64,000 bases of DNA from Candidatus Dormiibacterota bacterium (GTDB lineage: Bacteria > Chloroflexota > Dormibacteria > Aeolococcales > Bog-877): the NCBI GenBank assembly GCA_963701235.1, contig OY969577.1, forward strand, positions 1,573,363-1,637,362. The letters run 5' to 3'. Below the pieces are notes generated by a model that did not search any database, had not been told where the DNA came from, and saw only the letters and a program-made list of their open reading frames with translations. Shown here piece after piece: positions 51,198-62,146 of this stretch. Positions within the stretch are counted from its first letter, which is position 1. Every line of letters starts with the position of its first letter. Both the position numbers and the translations under genes were made by a program.

Positions 51198-52388
51198 GTC
51201 TTCAGTCTGCGGGAGCGCCGCCCCCGAGGGTGGCGCTCCCGCCCTGCCCGGGCCCTCGGCCCGAGAAGTCCGGACCGGTCCCAGAGATCGGGACTGAACC
51301 GGGCCGAGGCTGAATTCCGCCATCACCGGGAAATGGTCACTGGCCCGGCGGGCCAGCTCCGCCAAGTCGCCCCCGCGACCCACCACCTCACAGCGGACCA
51401 ACCGACGGTCAAGTCCTCTGCTCACGAAGACGTAGTCGATCCGCGCCGCAGGTTGATAGGTGGGACATGTAAAAGCGCTGGCCCGGGGATGGAGCGCACG
51501 CAGGCAATCGATGTATCCCGCTCGGAGCATGCTCCTTACCGCGGCCCGCGGCAAGAGCGCCCCCAGGACCGCGTCGGTCGCATCTCCTCTCGGCAGGACT
51601 TCCAGGAAGGGATGGACCAGCCAAGGCAGCCGGGGTAGTCCGCTGCGCACCGCCTCGGGCAACTCCTCGACCACGGCATCGGCGGTCTCCGGGTCCTGCC
51701 ACCAGCGCAGTCGCGACAGTCCCGGCGGAATCGGCCCCATCGCTCCCGACTCCTGGAGAACTCCGGTTTTGCGCCAGAGATTGATCTGCGCGAAAAAGTC
51801 GGTGGCCTGAATTCGGTCTCCGGGAGCCAGCGAGTTGAAGTCTCCGATGACCAGGTGGGGAGCCTCGGGATGCTGAGCCGCATGACCCTGGACCGTCGCA
51901 AGCTCGCGAACACGGTTGGGCTCGGCCCGCCCGCGGCGTTGAAATGCCGCGGTCAGGTGGACCGTGTGCAGGCAGATTTGGTTGATCTGGCTGCCCGTCG
52001 GCGTCTCCAACCAGACTTCCAGCGAGTTGCGCAGGAGCACAGTGGGCTCGCGATGGTTGAGCCAACGCGCCACCGGAAGTCGCGAGAGCACCGCCTGGTG
52101 CCGTGCCATGGCCCGCTGCGGCGGCGTCGGCGCGACGCCGTAAATGAGCTGATAGCCGAGCTGGTCGGCGGCACGGGCGACCGCGGATCGGTCATCCGCC
52201 TCCTGTAGCGCCACCACGTCGGCGTCAACCAAGCGCAGCAGCTCGGTGATCTCGCTCCAGCGCCCGCCACCCCCCAGGAGGATGTTGTAGGTGGCGAAAC
52301 TCACCGTTGGATAGCCCGCCGGGTGGGGCGAAGGCCTCTGCCCGACCGGGGTCGAACCCATCGGCCTGATTCTAGACTCGGTGCTCAC
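51162..52388 (-). CDS. endonuclease/exonuclease/phosphatase (EEP) family protein
   Basis: FATYNILLGG near the N-terminus, VALQE, GDFN, and the C-terminal SDHFPV motif. Confidence 0.6.
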   Translation of the reverse strand: MSTESRIRPMGSTPVGQRPSPHPAGYPTVSFATYNILLGGGGRWSEITELLRLVDADVVALQEADDRSAVARAADQLGYQLIYGVAPTPPQRAMARHQAVLSRLPVARWLNHREPTVLLRNSLEVWLETPTGSQINQICLHTVHLTAAFQRRGRAEPNRVRELATVQGHAAQHPEAPHLVIGDFNSLAPGDRIQATDFFAQINLWRKTGVLQESGAMGPIPPGLSRLRWWQDPETADAVVEELPEAVRSGLPRLPWLVHPFLEVLPRGDATDAVLGALLPRAAVRSMLRAGYIDCLRALHPRASAFTCPTYQPAARIDYVFVSRGLDRRLVRCEVVGRGGDLAELARRASDHFPVMAEFSLGPVQSRSLGPVRTSRAEGPGRAGAPPSGAALPQTEDLTDRDPLDPCP

Positions 52389-52417
52389 TCTCGAAGGACT
52401 GCAAAATCAGGGGCGAC

Positions 52418-53242
52418 ATGCCCGCTTTCATCTGCCGGACCTGCGGGGTCCAGCAAGCTTCGGGGCCACTTCCACCGCCAATCTGCCCAATCTGTGCCGA
52501 CGAGCGCCAGTACGTCGGCCGCGAGGGTCAGAGCTGGACCACCCTGGCAGACATGCAGGGCAAATATCACGACGAGCTGACCGAACTGGAGCCGGGACTC
52601 TGGCAGATAACGACGGAGCCCGCTTTCGGGATAGGCCAGCGGGCTCTGTTACTGACCACCCCCGGGGGCAACCTCCTGTGGGACTGCCTGAGCTTTCTGG
52701 ACTCCGCCACCCTGGGGGACGTGCTGGACTTGGGCGGACTGGCCGCGATCGCCATCAGCCACCCCCACTTCTATGGCAGCTGCGTCGAGTGGAGCCTGGC
52801 CTTCGGCGACATTCCCGTCTACCTCAGTGCCCGCGATCGCCAATACCTGCCCCGCCCCAGTCCGGCCGTTGTCCACTTTGAGGGCGACGAGATCGAGCCC
52901 ATAGACGGTCTGCGAGTTCTACGCCTGGGGGGGCACTTTCGCGGTTCGACAGTGCTGCACTGGCGCGCCGGCGCGGCCGGCAGGGGAGCCATGCTGACCG
53001 GCGACACCATCGCGGTCGCTGCCGATCGCCGCTGGGCCGCGTTCCTTTACAGCTATCCCAACCGGATTCCCTTGCCCGCAGGGGACGTGGCCGCCATCGG
53101 CAGCCGGGTAGGTGGGCTCGACTTCGAGCGCGTCTACGGAGCCTGGCCGGGCGACGACATCCTCGGTGACGCCAAGGCCGCGGTGCTGCGCTCGGTCGAG
53201 CGCTACCTGGGCATGCTCGACGGGTCCTGGGAACGTGGCTGA
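52418..53242 (+). CDS. MBL-fold metallo-hydrolase with N-terminal zinc-ribbon
   Basis: CRTCG...CPICADE zinc ribbon, followed by an MBL fold with the HxHxDH-equivalent region (ISHPHFYGS). Confidence 0.6.
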   Translation: MPAFICRTCGVQQASGPLPPPICPICADERQYVGREGQSWTTLADMQGKYHDELTELEPGLWQITTEPAFGIGQRALLLTTPGGNLLWDCLSFLDSATLGDVLDLGGLAAIAISHPHFYGSCVEWSLAFGDIPVYLSARDRQYLPRPSPAVVHFEGDEIEPIDGLRVLRLGGHFRGSTVLHWRAGAAGRGAMLTGDTIAVAADRRWAAFLYSYPNRIPLPAGDVAAIGSRVGGLDFERVYGAWPGDDILGDAKAAVLRSVERYLGMLDGSWERG

Positions 53243-53276
53243 AGGCGCGCGGCCCAAACTGCGACTTCCACGACGG

Positions 53277-53864
53277 GTGACCGCGGCCCCAACCCGAGCC
53301 AGCGCCTGGGTCCTGGCCCCAGTTCGCCACCACCCCTGGCCGACTGCCGTCGCCGGCGGCAGCCTGATCCTAGGTTTGGGAGTGAGCCTGGGATCCTTTG
53401 CGTTGCAGAGCCGGTTCACCACCTCCTATGAGGCGGGCCACCATCTCAGCGGTTGGCAGAACTTCCTGCGAGTGGGCGCGCCCTGGCAGGCCTTGATCCC
53501 GGTCGTGCTGGCTGCCGTCCTGGCCGCCTGGGGAACCCTGCGACTGGGCAGCTCCCAACCAGAGCCCCCCAGCCGCCTGAGCAGCAGGGCGGCCAGCAGC
53601 GCCCGCCGGCTTCGAGAGGCGCTCAGATCCGAACGCCGTGCCGTTGGCGTGGCCTTTGTGGTGATCTCCGGTTTGGTGGGCATGGTGCTGGTACGGGTCA
53701 TCGTCTATGCCCTGCTGGCACTGACCGGCAGCCGTCTGGCCGGGGCGACCCTGGGTGGGGTCGCGATTGAGCTGGCGTTCTGGGTAGCCGCCTGGGGGTC
53801 ATTCTGGAACTGGAATCGGAGCTATCGCTCCCGCCTGGAAAACTGGGGGGTCTCCGACGGCTGA
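53277..53864 (+). CDS. hypothetical integral membrane protein
   Basis: GTG start chosen after the upstream stop. Four TM helices. Coordinates follow the ORF track (see the note on the 1-nt inconsistency). Confidence 0.35.
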   Translation: MTAAPTRASAWVLAPVRHHPWPTAVAGGSLILGLGVSLGSFALQSRFTTSYEAGHHLSGWQNFLRVGAPWQALIPVVLAAVLAAWGTLRLGSSQPEPPSRLSSRAASSARRLREALRSERRAVGVAFVVISGLVGMVLVRVIVYALLALTGSRLAGATLGGVAIELAFWVAAWGSFWNWNRSYRSRLENWGVSDG

Positions 53865-53916
53865 GCAGCTTCAGCTCCTCTCCCGGCGCAACTGCCCACT
53901 TTGCGAGTCGGCCCGA

Positions 53917-54165
53917 GTGATCCTGCTCGAATTGGCAGCGGCGCACAGGATGGTGGTTTCCGAGTACGACATCGACGAGGACCCGGTGCTGCGGGCGCGG
54001 TTCACCGACCGGGTGCCGGTGATCCTCTACCGCGATCGGGTTCTGGCCGAGGGCCAGGTCGATGCCGCCGAACTGCGAGTTGCGCTGGATGAGCTTGTAA
54101 CCCGCGAAGGAGCTCGGTCTGACGATTCTGTAACGGAGGCGGGTCTGCAGCCGGATCGAGGCTAG
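53917..54165 (+). CDS. glutaredoxin-like protein (DUF836/NrdH-like)
   Basis: DIDEDPVLRARFTDRVPVILY pattern of small glutaredoxin-family proteins. The expected CxxC active site (CPLC) is encoded in-frame just upstream of this GTG, so the true start is probably further 5'. Confidence 0.5.
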   Translation: MILLELAAAHRMVVSEYDIDEDPVLRARFTDRVPVILYRDRVLAEGQVDAAELRVALDELVTREGARSDDSVTEAGLQPDRG

Positions 54166-54175
54166 ACTTCGGCCC

Positions 54176-55789
54176 ATGGCCGAGCTCCGCGCCCACCCTG
54201 GGGGGGCAGCGCCGGAACTTTCGGTGGTTCTGCCGACGCGCAACGAGGCCAGCAACCTCGCGCCCCTACTAGCAAGGTTGGAGGGCGCTCTGACCGGGGT
54301 CGAGTTCGAGCTGGTCTTCATCGACGACAGCGACGACCAGACCGCCGAGCTGCTGGCCGCCGAGGCGAGCCTCGATCACCGCATCCGAGTGATCCACCGC
54401 GACCCGGAGAGGCGGACGGGCGGGCTAAGCACCGCGGTGGTTCAGGGCCTGCGCGAGGCCCGGGGTCGGCTGGTCTGCGTCATGGATGCGGACCTGCAAC
54501 ATCCCCCTGAGACCATCCCCGCCATGCTCGCGGCCGAGCGCAGCGGGGCCGACCTGGTGGTCGCCAGCCGCTACCTGGCTGGGGGCAGCCGGGAGGGATT
54601 GGCTGGGGGCTTCCGGCACTTCGTCTCGAGAGCGGCCAGTGTCCTGGTACGGACAGTTTTTGTGGAGGCCAGGACCAGCACCGACCCCTTGGCCGGGTTC
54701 TTCCTGGGCCGCGCCTCGCTGCTGCGGGGGCTCGAGTTCCGCCCGGTGGGGTTCAAGATCCTGCTCGAGCTCCTGGTCTGCTCACCCCACGACGTAGTCG
54801 TGGATGTGCCTCTCCAGTTCCAGGCCCGGGCTGCGGGCGAGAGCAAAGCCAGCACCGCCCAGGGTCTGCTCTTCCTCCGCCACGTCTGGTCGCTGGTCTG
54901 GGACGTGCCTGGCAGTGCCCGGATCTGGAAGTTCGCCGCCGTGGGGATCACTGGCCTGGGCCTGTTCCTCATCCTCATCGAGCTGGGCGGAGTGGTTCTG
55001 GGCTGGCCGGCGCTGGCGGCCTGGGCGGTCGCCTTCGTGCTCTCCGCGGTCTGGAACTTCGGCTGGAATCTGAGGCTCACCTTCGCCGATCTGCGCCGCG
55101 AGCGCTATCCCTTGATGCGCCGCTACGTCTCCTCCGCGCTGACCGCCGGCGGAGCCCAGCTGGTGGTCTTCCTGGGCCTGGTCGGCACCTCGCTGCCCCT
55201 GGTCCTGGATGGCCTAATAGCGGCAGTTGTGGGAATGGCGGTGAGCGCCACCTTCAACTGGCAGCTCGCCCGCAGGCACCGGCGTCCGGCGCAGCAGCCG
55301 ATCGGGGTCGATCACTTCCTGACCCAGTTGAACAGGGCCGGTCGGGCGCAGCTGACCGTGATGCTGGATCCCCAGGGTCAACAGCTCGCGGTCACCGGCC
55401 AGCCCCCGGCCGCGGTCAGCCAGCTGCTCACCTCCCTGGCCGAGCTCGCCAGAGAGGGTGGGGTGCCTGTCCTTTGGGTCGAGCCTCCCTCGAGCCGGCC
55501 CCAAGCCAGGACCAACGTCGAGCTGGAGTCGGTGATGGCCCTGCCGCTGGCGCTCCCCGGCTTCGCCGGCTGCACGGTGGCGCTGCAGAAACGCAGCCGC
55601 TCGGCCTTCAGCTCCGCGGACCTGGAGGCGACCATGCGTCAACTGGAGCGGTTGCGCCCGCGGCTGGGATTGGGACCCTCGGGTGACGACAGCGGCCAGC
55701 CGGTCGCGGTGGCAGTGGGACCGGACCGGTCCGAGGTCAGTGGTAGTCGTGAGCCGAAGGGACGGGGAACAGCGAGTCGGTCGGGGTAG
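54176..55789 (+). CDS. GT2-family polyprenol-phosphate glycosyltransferase (DPM1-like) fused to a GtrA-like membrane domain, with C-terminal extension
   Basis: LSVVLPTRNE, the DxD motif (FIDDSDDQT), and MDADLQHPPE. GtrA-like TM helices follow, then about 150 aa of extra C-terminal sequence. The 3' end overlaps dnaE2 convergently by about 50 nt. Confidence 0.75.
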   Translation: MAELRAHPGGAAPELSVVLPTRNEASNLAPLLARLEGALTGVEFELVFIDDSDDQTAELLAAEASLDHRIRVIHRDPERRTGGLSTAVVQGLREARGRLVCVMDADLQHPPETIPAMLAAERSGADLVVASRYLAGGSREGLAGGFRHFVSRAASVLVRTVFVEARTSTDPLAGFFLGRASLLRGLEFRPVGFKILLELLVCSPHDVVVDVPLQFQARAAGESKASTAQGLLFLRHVWSLVWDVPGSARIWKFAAVGITGLGLFLILIELGGVVLGWPALAAWAVAFVLSAVWNFGWNLRLTFADLRRERYPLMRRYVSSALTAGGAQLVVFLGLVGTSLPLVLDGLIAAVVGMAVSATFNWQLARRHRRPAQQPIGVDHFLTQLNRAGRAQLTVMLDPQGQQLAVTGQPPAAVSQLLTSLAELAREGGVPVLWVEPPSSRPQARTNVELESVMALPLALPGFAGCTVALQKRSRSAFSSADLEATMRQLERLRPRLGLGPSGDDSGQPVAVAVGPDRSEVSGSREPKGRGTASRSG

Positions 55790-58700
55790 GGTCAGCCGCC
55801 TGGGGCACCTGTCGAGGCAGCGGCAGCAGTCTCTCGACCAGGAGGCTGAGAGCCCCATCAGCCACCTGCAGCACCCCCTCGGCGCAGATCACCGGCTCAT
55901 GGTTGGCCCAGGATCGGTGGGCCTGGTAGACCGGGGGACGGAGCACCAGGTCCAGGTGCGCAGTCTCGTCAACCACCGTGAAGAAGCGCATCCCATGGGC
56001 GGAATAGGGCGCCTGGCGGGTTATCACCAACCCGGCGGCTCGCACCCTGGTGCCATTGCCGAGCTGCCGTACCTCGGCCAGGGGGATCGCCCCCAGTTCG
56101 GTCAGCTGTGTCCGCAGGAAGGAGACCAGGTGCTCACCTGTGGTCAGGCCCATGATTCGGTAGTCGGCCGCGGCCCGCTCCCTCGCCGTCAGATCCGCCA
56201 GTCGCGGCGGTTCCGCCGGCAGCGCCAGCAGCTGCTGCTGCCTGGCATTCGCCGGCTTGGCTTGGCCTGAGCTCGGGGCCGACCGCTGACCCCGGCTCCC
56301 CGTCAGCTCCTCCTCCACCGACTTGAGTCGCCAGAGCAGCTTGCGACGGGACTCACCGAAGCTGTCCAGGGCACCCACCATCACCAGCGAGTCCACCGCC
56401 GGCCGGGGGAGCTCGGTGCGGCGCCAGAAGTCCTCCGGCGATCGATAGGGACCTAGCTCACGCTCCCGGTCCAGCTCTTCACCCAGGTTCTCGCCCAGCT
56501 CTCTGACGTAGTTGAAGCCGAGTCGGACGCCGAACTGGTGGGGAGTCCTCGATCCCGTCTCCAGCTGCTCCAGGTGACAGCGGCTCCGGCTCAGGTTGAC
56601 GTCCACCGAGAGCACCTTGACCCCGCGGCGCTTGGCGTCCTCGACCAGGACCGAGGGGTGGTAGAAGCCCATGGGCTGGTGGTTGAGCAGCCCTACCAGG
56701 TAGGCGGCGGGATGGTAGAGCCGGAGCCAGGCGGTCTCATAGGCGGTACGGGCGAAGGCCGCGGCATGACTGCGGCAGAAGCCGAACTCGGCAAAGCCTT
56801 TGACCGCCTCGAAGAGCTCGGCAGCCACCTCCCTCGGCACCTGGTTGCGGGAGCAGCCGTCCAGGAACCCCTGCTCCAGAGAGGACATCTCCACTCGGGA
56901 GCGATGGCGGTTCATGGCCCGGCGGAAACGATCGGCCTCACCGGCGCTGAATCCGGCCAGCTGCATGGCAATCTCCAGGATCTGCTCCTGGAAGAGGATC
57001 ACCCCCAGGGTGTCGCGAAGGATCGGCTCCAGCAGCGGATGGAGGTAGCTCACCTTCTCGCGGCCCTGGCGGCGACGCATGTAGGGGTGTACCGCCTTGC
57101 CCTGGATGGGGCCGGGCCGAATGATCGCCACCTCGACCACCAGGTCGTTGAACTCCTTGGGGTTGGTGCGCGGCAGGGTCTGCTGCTGGGCCCGGGACTC
57201 GATCTGAAAAACCCCGATGGTGTCGGCCCGAGCGCACATGGCATAGACCTCGGGGTCGGCCAGGTCCAGCGCCTCCAGGTCGGGACGCTCGCCGCTGGCC
57301 CGCTCCAGCTCATCCAGAGTCTCGGCCACCACCGAGAGGGTGCGCAGCCCGAGCAGGTCAATCTTGATCAGGCCCAGATCCTCGACGTCATCCTTGTCGA
57401 ACTGGACCACCACCCGGCCGGGCATGGTGGCCCGCTCCAGGGGAGCGATATCCCAGAGCGGCTCCCCGGTGACCAACATGCCGCCCACATGGATGGAGAG
57501 ATGGCGCGGCACTCCCACCACCGCCTCCACCAGGCTGGCGAACTGGCGCCAAGACGGAGAGCCCAGGACTTGTTCCGAGAGCTCACCAGCCGATTCCAGC
57601 AGCTGGGCGACCATGGCCTGCTCACCCTTCCCGTACCAGCGGTCCACCGAGCGGCTGAGCCTGTCCACCACCGGCTGGGGCAGCCCGAAGGCGGCCCCCA
57701 CCTGGCGGACCGCCATCCGGAGCTGGAAGGTGATGACGGTGCACACCATCCCGGTCCGATCCTGACCGTAGGTGTCGTAGACATGGCGGAGCAGCGGCTC
57801 CCGGTGGGCGCTCGAGATATCGATATCGATGTCGGGCGTGCCCTGCATCTCCTCGTGGAGAAAGCGCTCAAAGAGCAGGTGGTGAGCGATGGGGTCGACC
57901 CTGGTTATGCCCAGCAGATAGGCCACCAGGCTGTCGGCGGCGGAACCCCTGCCCTGGGCCGGTATCCCCTCCCGGGAGGCGAAGTCCATCAGCTCCCAGA
58001 CGATCAGGAAGAACTCGGCCAGCTTGCACTTGGCGATGATCCGCAGCTCATGGAGCAGCCGGGCCTCGACCTCGGGGCTGGGACTGGCGTACCTGCTCGG
58101 CAGCCCTCGGCGGCAGAGCTGCTCCAGGTACTGGTCGGGGCTGAGTCCCGTAGGCGCCTTGAAGCCGGGGAAGCGGCTGTGGCGAAAGTCCAGCTTGAGC
58201 TCGGCACGGGCGGCCAGATCAGCTGTCGCCTGGAAGGCCGCCGGATAGGGCAGCAGCTCCATCAGCTGCTCTCCCTCTCGCATCTGGTACTGGTGGTTGG
58301 GCAGTAGCAGCCCCCGCTCGGCTGCCTCTTCCAAGGTGCAGTTGTGGCGGATGGCGGTGAGCACATCCAGCAGGGCCGCCTCTGGGGCTGTGGCATATCT
58401 GGGGGCGCCCGAGACCAAAAGCCCCACCCCGGTCCGCAGGGCACAGGCGGCGGTCTCCGCCGCCAGCCAGCTGTCTCCGGGATGGAGATGGTGAAGCATG
58501 GAGAGGTAGACCAGGCCGCTGGGGAAGGCCTGGCGGAGGGCCAGGGCAGCCCGGTCCGCCGCCTCCCTGTCACCGCGGAGAAGGGCCAGGCTGATGGGAC
58601 TGTGGGGTCCTCCCGCCATCACCGTGCAGCGGCTGACCTGCTCTGGGGCCACCCAGGTGTCGACGCCGACCTCCGCCCGGTCGCGCCGGCTCCGTCGGCG

Positions 58701-59120
58701 GGCCAGCGCCGGCGAGGGGACGGCATCGCGCTCATCGGCCGCCCTGCCCGCCGCATCGGCGAGGACGGCTTCCAATCCCGTCAGGTGGAGGCGGTGAGCC
58801 CCCTTCTCCCCCGCCAGCTGAGCCCGGCTCACCGCTCGGCAGAGTTGCTGGTAGGAGGGGCGGTCGGTGGCGAGCAGGACCAGCCGGCCCCCACCCTCCA
58901 GGTCCAGCTCCGCCCCCACCATGACCGCCAGCCCGACCCGCTCGGCAGCCTGGACCAAGCGCACCGCTCCATAGAGGCCACCGCGGTCCACCAGGCCCAG
59001 GGTGGCCATCCCCAGCTCGGCGGCCCGGGCGACCATCGCCTCGGGAGCGCTGGCACCTTCCAAAAAGGAGAAGTAAGAGCGGGCCCAGAGTTCCGAAAAG
59101 CGGGACTGAGGCATCGCCAC
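55737..59120 (-). CDS. dnaE2: error-prone DNA polymerase (DnaE2/ImuC, Pol III alpha paralog)
   Basis: 1127 aa. N-terminal PHP domain (ELWARSYFSFLEGASAPEAMVARAAELGMATLGLVDRGGLYG), polymerase core motifs, and the OB-fold C-terminus typical of DnaE2. Confidence 0.9.
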   Translation of the reverse strand: MAMPQSRFSELWARSYFSFLEGASAPEAMVARAAELGMATLGLVDRGGLYGAVRLVQAAERVGLAVMVGAELDLEGGGRLVLLATDRPSYQQLCRAVSRAQLAGEKGAHRLHLTGLEAVLADAAGRAADERDAVPSPALARRRSRRDRAEVGVDTWVAPEQVSRCTVMAGGPHSPISLALLRGDREAADRAALALRQAFPSGLVYLSMLHHLHPGDSWLAAETAACALRTGVGLLVSGAPRYATAPEAALLDVLTAIRHNCTLEEAAERGLLLPNHQYQMREGEQLMELLPYPAAFQATADLAARAELKLDFRHSRFPGFKAPTGLSPDQYLEQLCRRGLPSRYASPSPEVEARLLHELRIIAKCKLAEFFLIVWELMDFASREGIPAQGRGSAADSLVAYLLGITRVDPIAHHLLFERFLHEEMQGTPDIDIDISSAHREPLLRHVYDTYGQDRTGMVCTVITFQLRMAVRQVGAAFGLPQPVVDRLSRSVDRWYGKGEQAMVAQLLESAGELSEQVLGSPSWRQFASLVEAVVGVPRHLSIHVGGMLVTGEPLWDIAPLERATMPGRVVVQFDKDDVEDLGLIKIDLLGLRTLSVVAETLDELERASGERPDLEALDLADPEVYAMCARADTIGVFQIESRAQQQTLPRTNPKEFNDLVVEVAIIRPGPIQGKAVHPYMRRRQGREKVSYLHPLLEPILRDTLGVILFQEQILEIAMQLAGFSAGEADRFRRAMNRHRSRVEMSSLEQGFLDGCSRNQVPREVAAELFEAVKGFAEFGFCRSHAAAFARTAYETAWLRLYHPAAYLVGLLNHQPMGFYHPSVLVEDAKRRGVKVLSVDVNLSRSRCHLEQLETGSRTPHQFGVRLGFNYVRELGENLGEELDRERELGPYRSPEDFWRRTELPRPAVDSLVMVGALDSFGESRRKLLWRLKSVEEELTGSRGQRSAPSSGQAKPANARQQQLLALPAEPPRLADLTARERAAADYRIMGLTTGEHLVSFLRTQLTELGAIPLAEVRQLGNGTRVRAAGLVITRQAPYSAHGMRFFTVVDETAHLDLVLRPPVYQAHRSWANHEPVICAEGVLQVADGALSLLVERLLPLPRQVPQAADPTPTDSLFPVPSAHDYH

Positions 59121-59146
59121 ATCATACGAACTGATGTTCGCTTTCG

Positions 59147-59875
59147 GTGGCCAACCACTCCCCTCAGGTCTACGATTTCCCAGTGCGCTCCGCCCTCAGG
59201 CTGATAGGCGCCGACGGCTGCCCGGGTGGCTGGATGGTGGCGCTGGAGTACGCCGACCGAAGCACCGCCCTGGAGCGCTGGGACACCCATCTCCTGAGCG
59301 CCGTCAGCAACCGTCGCTCGGTGCTGGCTGCGGTACTCGACATCCCGATCGGGCTTCCGCTACAGGGGTCCCGTGCTTGCGACCATGAGGCCCGCCGGCT
59401 GCTGGGCTGGCCAAGGCTCACCAGCGTGTTCCCAGCTCCCTTGCGCCCGATGCTGACCGCGACCAGTTACCAGGAAGCTCAGGACATCCGGCGCCAGATC
59501 GATGGCAAGGGTTACTCGCGCCAGGCCTTCGGGATCCTGGCCAAGGTCAGGGAGGTCGACGAGGCGCTGGCGCGACGAGATGCTCAGAAGCTGTATGAAG
59601 GGCACCCGGAACTGGCTTTCCGCGAGCTCGGAGGGGCCGCGCTGGGGTCCAAGCACACCGTCGAGGGCCGATCCCACCGGCAGCGACTGCTGCTGACCGA
59701 GTTCTCCGAGGTGGCGAAGGTGAACCCCGGGCGACCTTCGAGCGAGGACGCCCTGGACGCTTACGCCTGCCTTTGGACCGCCCGACGGATCGCGGCTGGG
59801 ATGGCGAGCTGGGTTCCCAGCCAGGGCGAGGAAACCGACCCTCAGCTGGGGATCCCGATGAGGATCTGGTTCTAG
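59147..59875 (+). CDS. DUF429 domain protein (RNase H-like fold)
   Basis: 242 aa. N-terminal [14 protein letters not shown] pattern typical of DUF429. Confidence 0.55.
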   Translation: MANHSPQVYDFPVRSALRLIGADGCPGGWMVALEYADRSTALERWDTHLLSAVSNRRSVLAAVLDIPIGLPLQGSRACDHEARRLLGWPRLTSVFPAPLRPMLTATSYQEAQDIRRQIDGKGYSRQAFGILAKVREVDEALARRDAQKLYEGHPELAFRELGGAALGSKHTVEGRSHRQRLLLTEFSEVAKVNPGRPSSEDALDAYACLWTARRIAAGMASWVPSQGEETDPQLGIPMRIWF

Positions 59876-61803
59876 CTGACCGGCTCCGGTGCGGGCCGCT
59901 CCCGAGCCGGATCCGCCTCCGCTGGGACCTCCCCAGCCCCATTGCTGGCCACCGAGGGCGGCGCCACCGCGCTCGGTTTGGGCGGAAGGCCGGTGACCTT
60001 GAGGATCTCCTCCTCGTCGAGGGATTCGTCTCGCAGCAGGGCCTGGGTCAGCGCCTCCAACTTGTCCCGATTCTTACTCAGCAGATCGCAGGCCTCGGTG
60101 AAGCACTCCTCGACGATCCGTTTGATCTCGGAGTCGATCACCTGGGCAGTGACCTCGCTGTAGGGGCGCTGGGGCATGACCAGCGCCTGCTGCTCAGGCT
60201 CCTCGGTGAGGTTGAGCGGGCCTACAAGGGGGCTCATTCCCCAGTGGACCACCATCTGCCGTGCGATCATCGTCACCTGCTGGAGGTCACTCTCGGCTCC
60301 GGTGGTGACCACGTCGTAGACCAACTTTTCGGCCGCCCGGCCCCCCAGCGCCCCGACGATGCGGGCCCTCAAGTAGGTCTCGGGGTAATTCTGGCGGTCG
60401 TCGACCGGTGACTGCACCGTGACCCCGAGGGCCCGGCCTCGAGGCACGATCGAAACCCGTCGTACCGGGTCCGCCTCGGGGATGAGCAGGCCCAGCAGGG
60501 CATGACCGCTCTCGTGACAGGCGGTCCGACGCCGATCGTCCTCGGAGAGCACGATCCGCCGCGCCGCCCCCAGGAGCACCTTCTCAAAGGCGTCGGTGAA
60601 GTCGGCCATGGTTACCGCCTTGCGGTCCCGGCGCGCGGCCAGGAGTGCCGCCTCGTTGACCAGGTTGCGGAGCTCGGCCCCCACCAGTCCCGGGGTCTGG
60701 GAGGCCACGCTGTCGAGATCGACGTCGTCGGCCAGGGGCACTCCCCGGGTGTGGATCTTGAGGATGGCGGCCCGGCCCACCCGGTCCGGGGGCTGGACCA
60801 TGACCCGGCGGTCGAAGCGCCCGGGTCGGAGCAGGGCGGGATCGAGTACGTCGGCCCGGTTGGTGGCGGCGAGCACGATCACGCCCTCGCGGGAGTCGAA
60901 TCCGTCCATCTCGGTGAGGATCTGATTCAGGGTCTGCTCCCGCTCGTCGTGACCCCCGAAGCTGGGGCCGGCCCCACGGCTGCGCCCGATGGCGTCGAGC
61001 TCATCGATGAAGATGATGGCCGGGGCTGCGGCGCGGGCCTTGGTGAAGAGGTCGCGGACCCGCGATGCCCCGACCCCCACGATCATCTCGATGAACTCCG
61101 AGGCCGAGAGGCTGAAGAACGGCACCTTGGCCTCGCCCGCCACCGCCCGGGCCAAAAGGGTCTTCCCGGTACCGGGCAGCCCCACCAGGAGCACTCCCTT
61201 GGGCACGGTGCCACCGAGCCTTTGGTATTTGGCCGGTTGGCGCAGGAAGTCCACGATTTCCTCTAGTTCCTCCTTCGCCTCCTCGATGCCGGCAACGTCG
61301 GCGAAGGTGGTGGCCGGGCGCTCCGCGTCATAGAGGCGGGCCTGGCTCCGCCCCATGCTGAAGATGCCGCCACTGGACGACGCAGATACCCGGCGCATCA
61401 GGTAGATGAAGCCGAACACGATCAGCAGGGTGGGACCAAAGCTGAGCAGCAGCTCCTCCCAGAAGGGGGTGAGCGTGCTCTCGGCATTGATGGTCACGTT
61501 GTGCTTCTGGAGCAGAGACTCCAGGCCGCCCCCGGCGAAGCTAGGCAGCTGAGTGGTGAAGTACCTGACCTTGGTCTTGGAGGTAGCGGTGGTCCCGGTC
61601 AGGTGCCGAAAGGTGCCGTTGATCGTGCCCGAACTGGTGGTGATGCTGCTGACGTCGTTGCTGGTGAGGTCCTTGACGAAGGTGCTGTAAGGGATGGTGA
61701 TGGTCTTGGGGGCAGCCGGAGCCAGGAAGACGTTCACGATCAGGACGTTGAGGACCAGGATGATGATCAGCGGCAGCCAGCTGCGCATCGAGCGGTAGTT
61801 CAT
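59872..61803 (-). CDS. ftsH: ATP-dependent zinc metalloprotease FtsH
   Basis: Two TM helices, AAA module ([12 protein letters not shown]), SRH, and the HEXGH zinc site (CHESGHAL). Start taken at MNYRSMRSW. The track ORF has a Pro-rich 23-aa extension up to 61872. Confidence 0.9.
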   Translation of the reverse strand: MNYRSMRSWLPLIIILVLNVLIVNVFLAPAAPKTITIPYSTFVKDLTSNDVSSITTSSGTINGTFRHLTGTTATSKTKVRYFTTQLPSFAGGGLESLLQKHNVTINAESTLTPFWEELLLSFGPTLLIVFGFIYLMRRVSASSSGGIFSMGRSQARLYDAERPATTFADVAGIEEAKEELEEIVDFLRQPAKYQRLGGTVPKGVLLVGLPGTGKTLLARAVAGEAKVPFFSLSASEFIEMIVGVGASRVRDLFTKARAAAPAIIFIDELDAIGRSRGAGPSFGGHDEREQTLNQILTEMDGFDSREGVIVLAATNRADVLDPALLRPGRFDRRVMVQPPDRVGRAAILKIHTRGVPLADDVDLDSVASQTPGLVGAELRNLVNEAALLAARRDRKAVTMADFTDAFEKVLLGAARRIVLSEDDRRRTACHESGHALLGLLIPEADPVRRVSIVPRGRALGVTVQSPVDDRQNYPETYLRARIVGALGGRAAEKLVYDVVTTGAESDLQQVTMIARQMVVHWGMSPLVGPLNLTEEPEQQALVMPQRPYSEVTAQVIDSEIKRIVEECFTEACDLLSKNRDKLEALTQALLRDESLDEEEILKVTGLPPKPSAVAPPSVASNGAGEVPAEADPARERPAPEPVS

Positions 61804-62146
61804 GGGCGGCCGCCCGCTGGGTGAGGGGTTCGAAGGGGGCGGCGAGGTCGACGTGGCCGGACGGTCGGGCATGTGGTGACGCTAGCAGATGAGGTTCGCC
61901 GTCATCCCCAGGTCCGCTCCAGCCCCCAGCGTCGGGAGGCCAGGTCCAGCCGCAGGTCGAGGCAGCGGCCATCTGCGAGCAACACTCGCCAGATGGCGCG
62001 CTGGACCGGACTGTCGGGCGCGACCCGCCACCATCCCACCTCGACCCGCCAGCGCTCCACCACCTCCACCACCTCCACCCAGCCGGTGCCGGTGTCCACC
62101 GCCAGCGGCCCTGCTGTGGCACTGTCGGAGCGAACCTCGATCGAAG

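Noticed and set aside
56538-58307. 589-aa ORF antisense to dnaE2
   Set aside because: Same reasoning. dnaE2 is strongly supported and the antisense product is low complexity.
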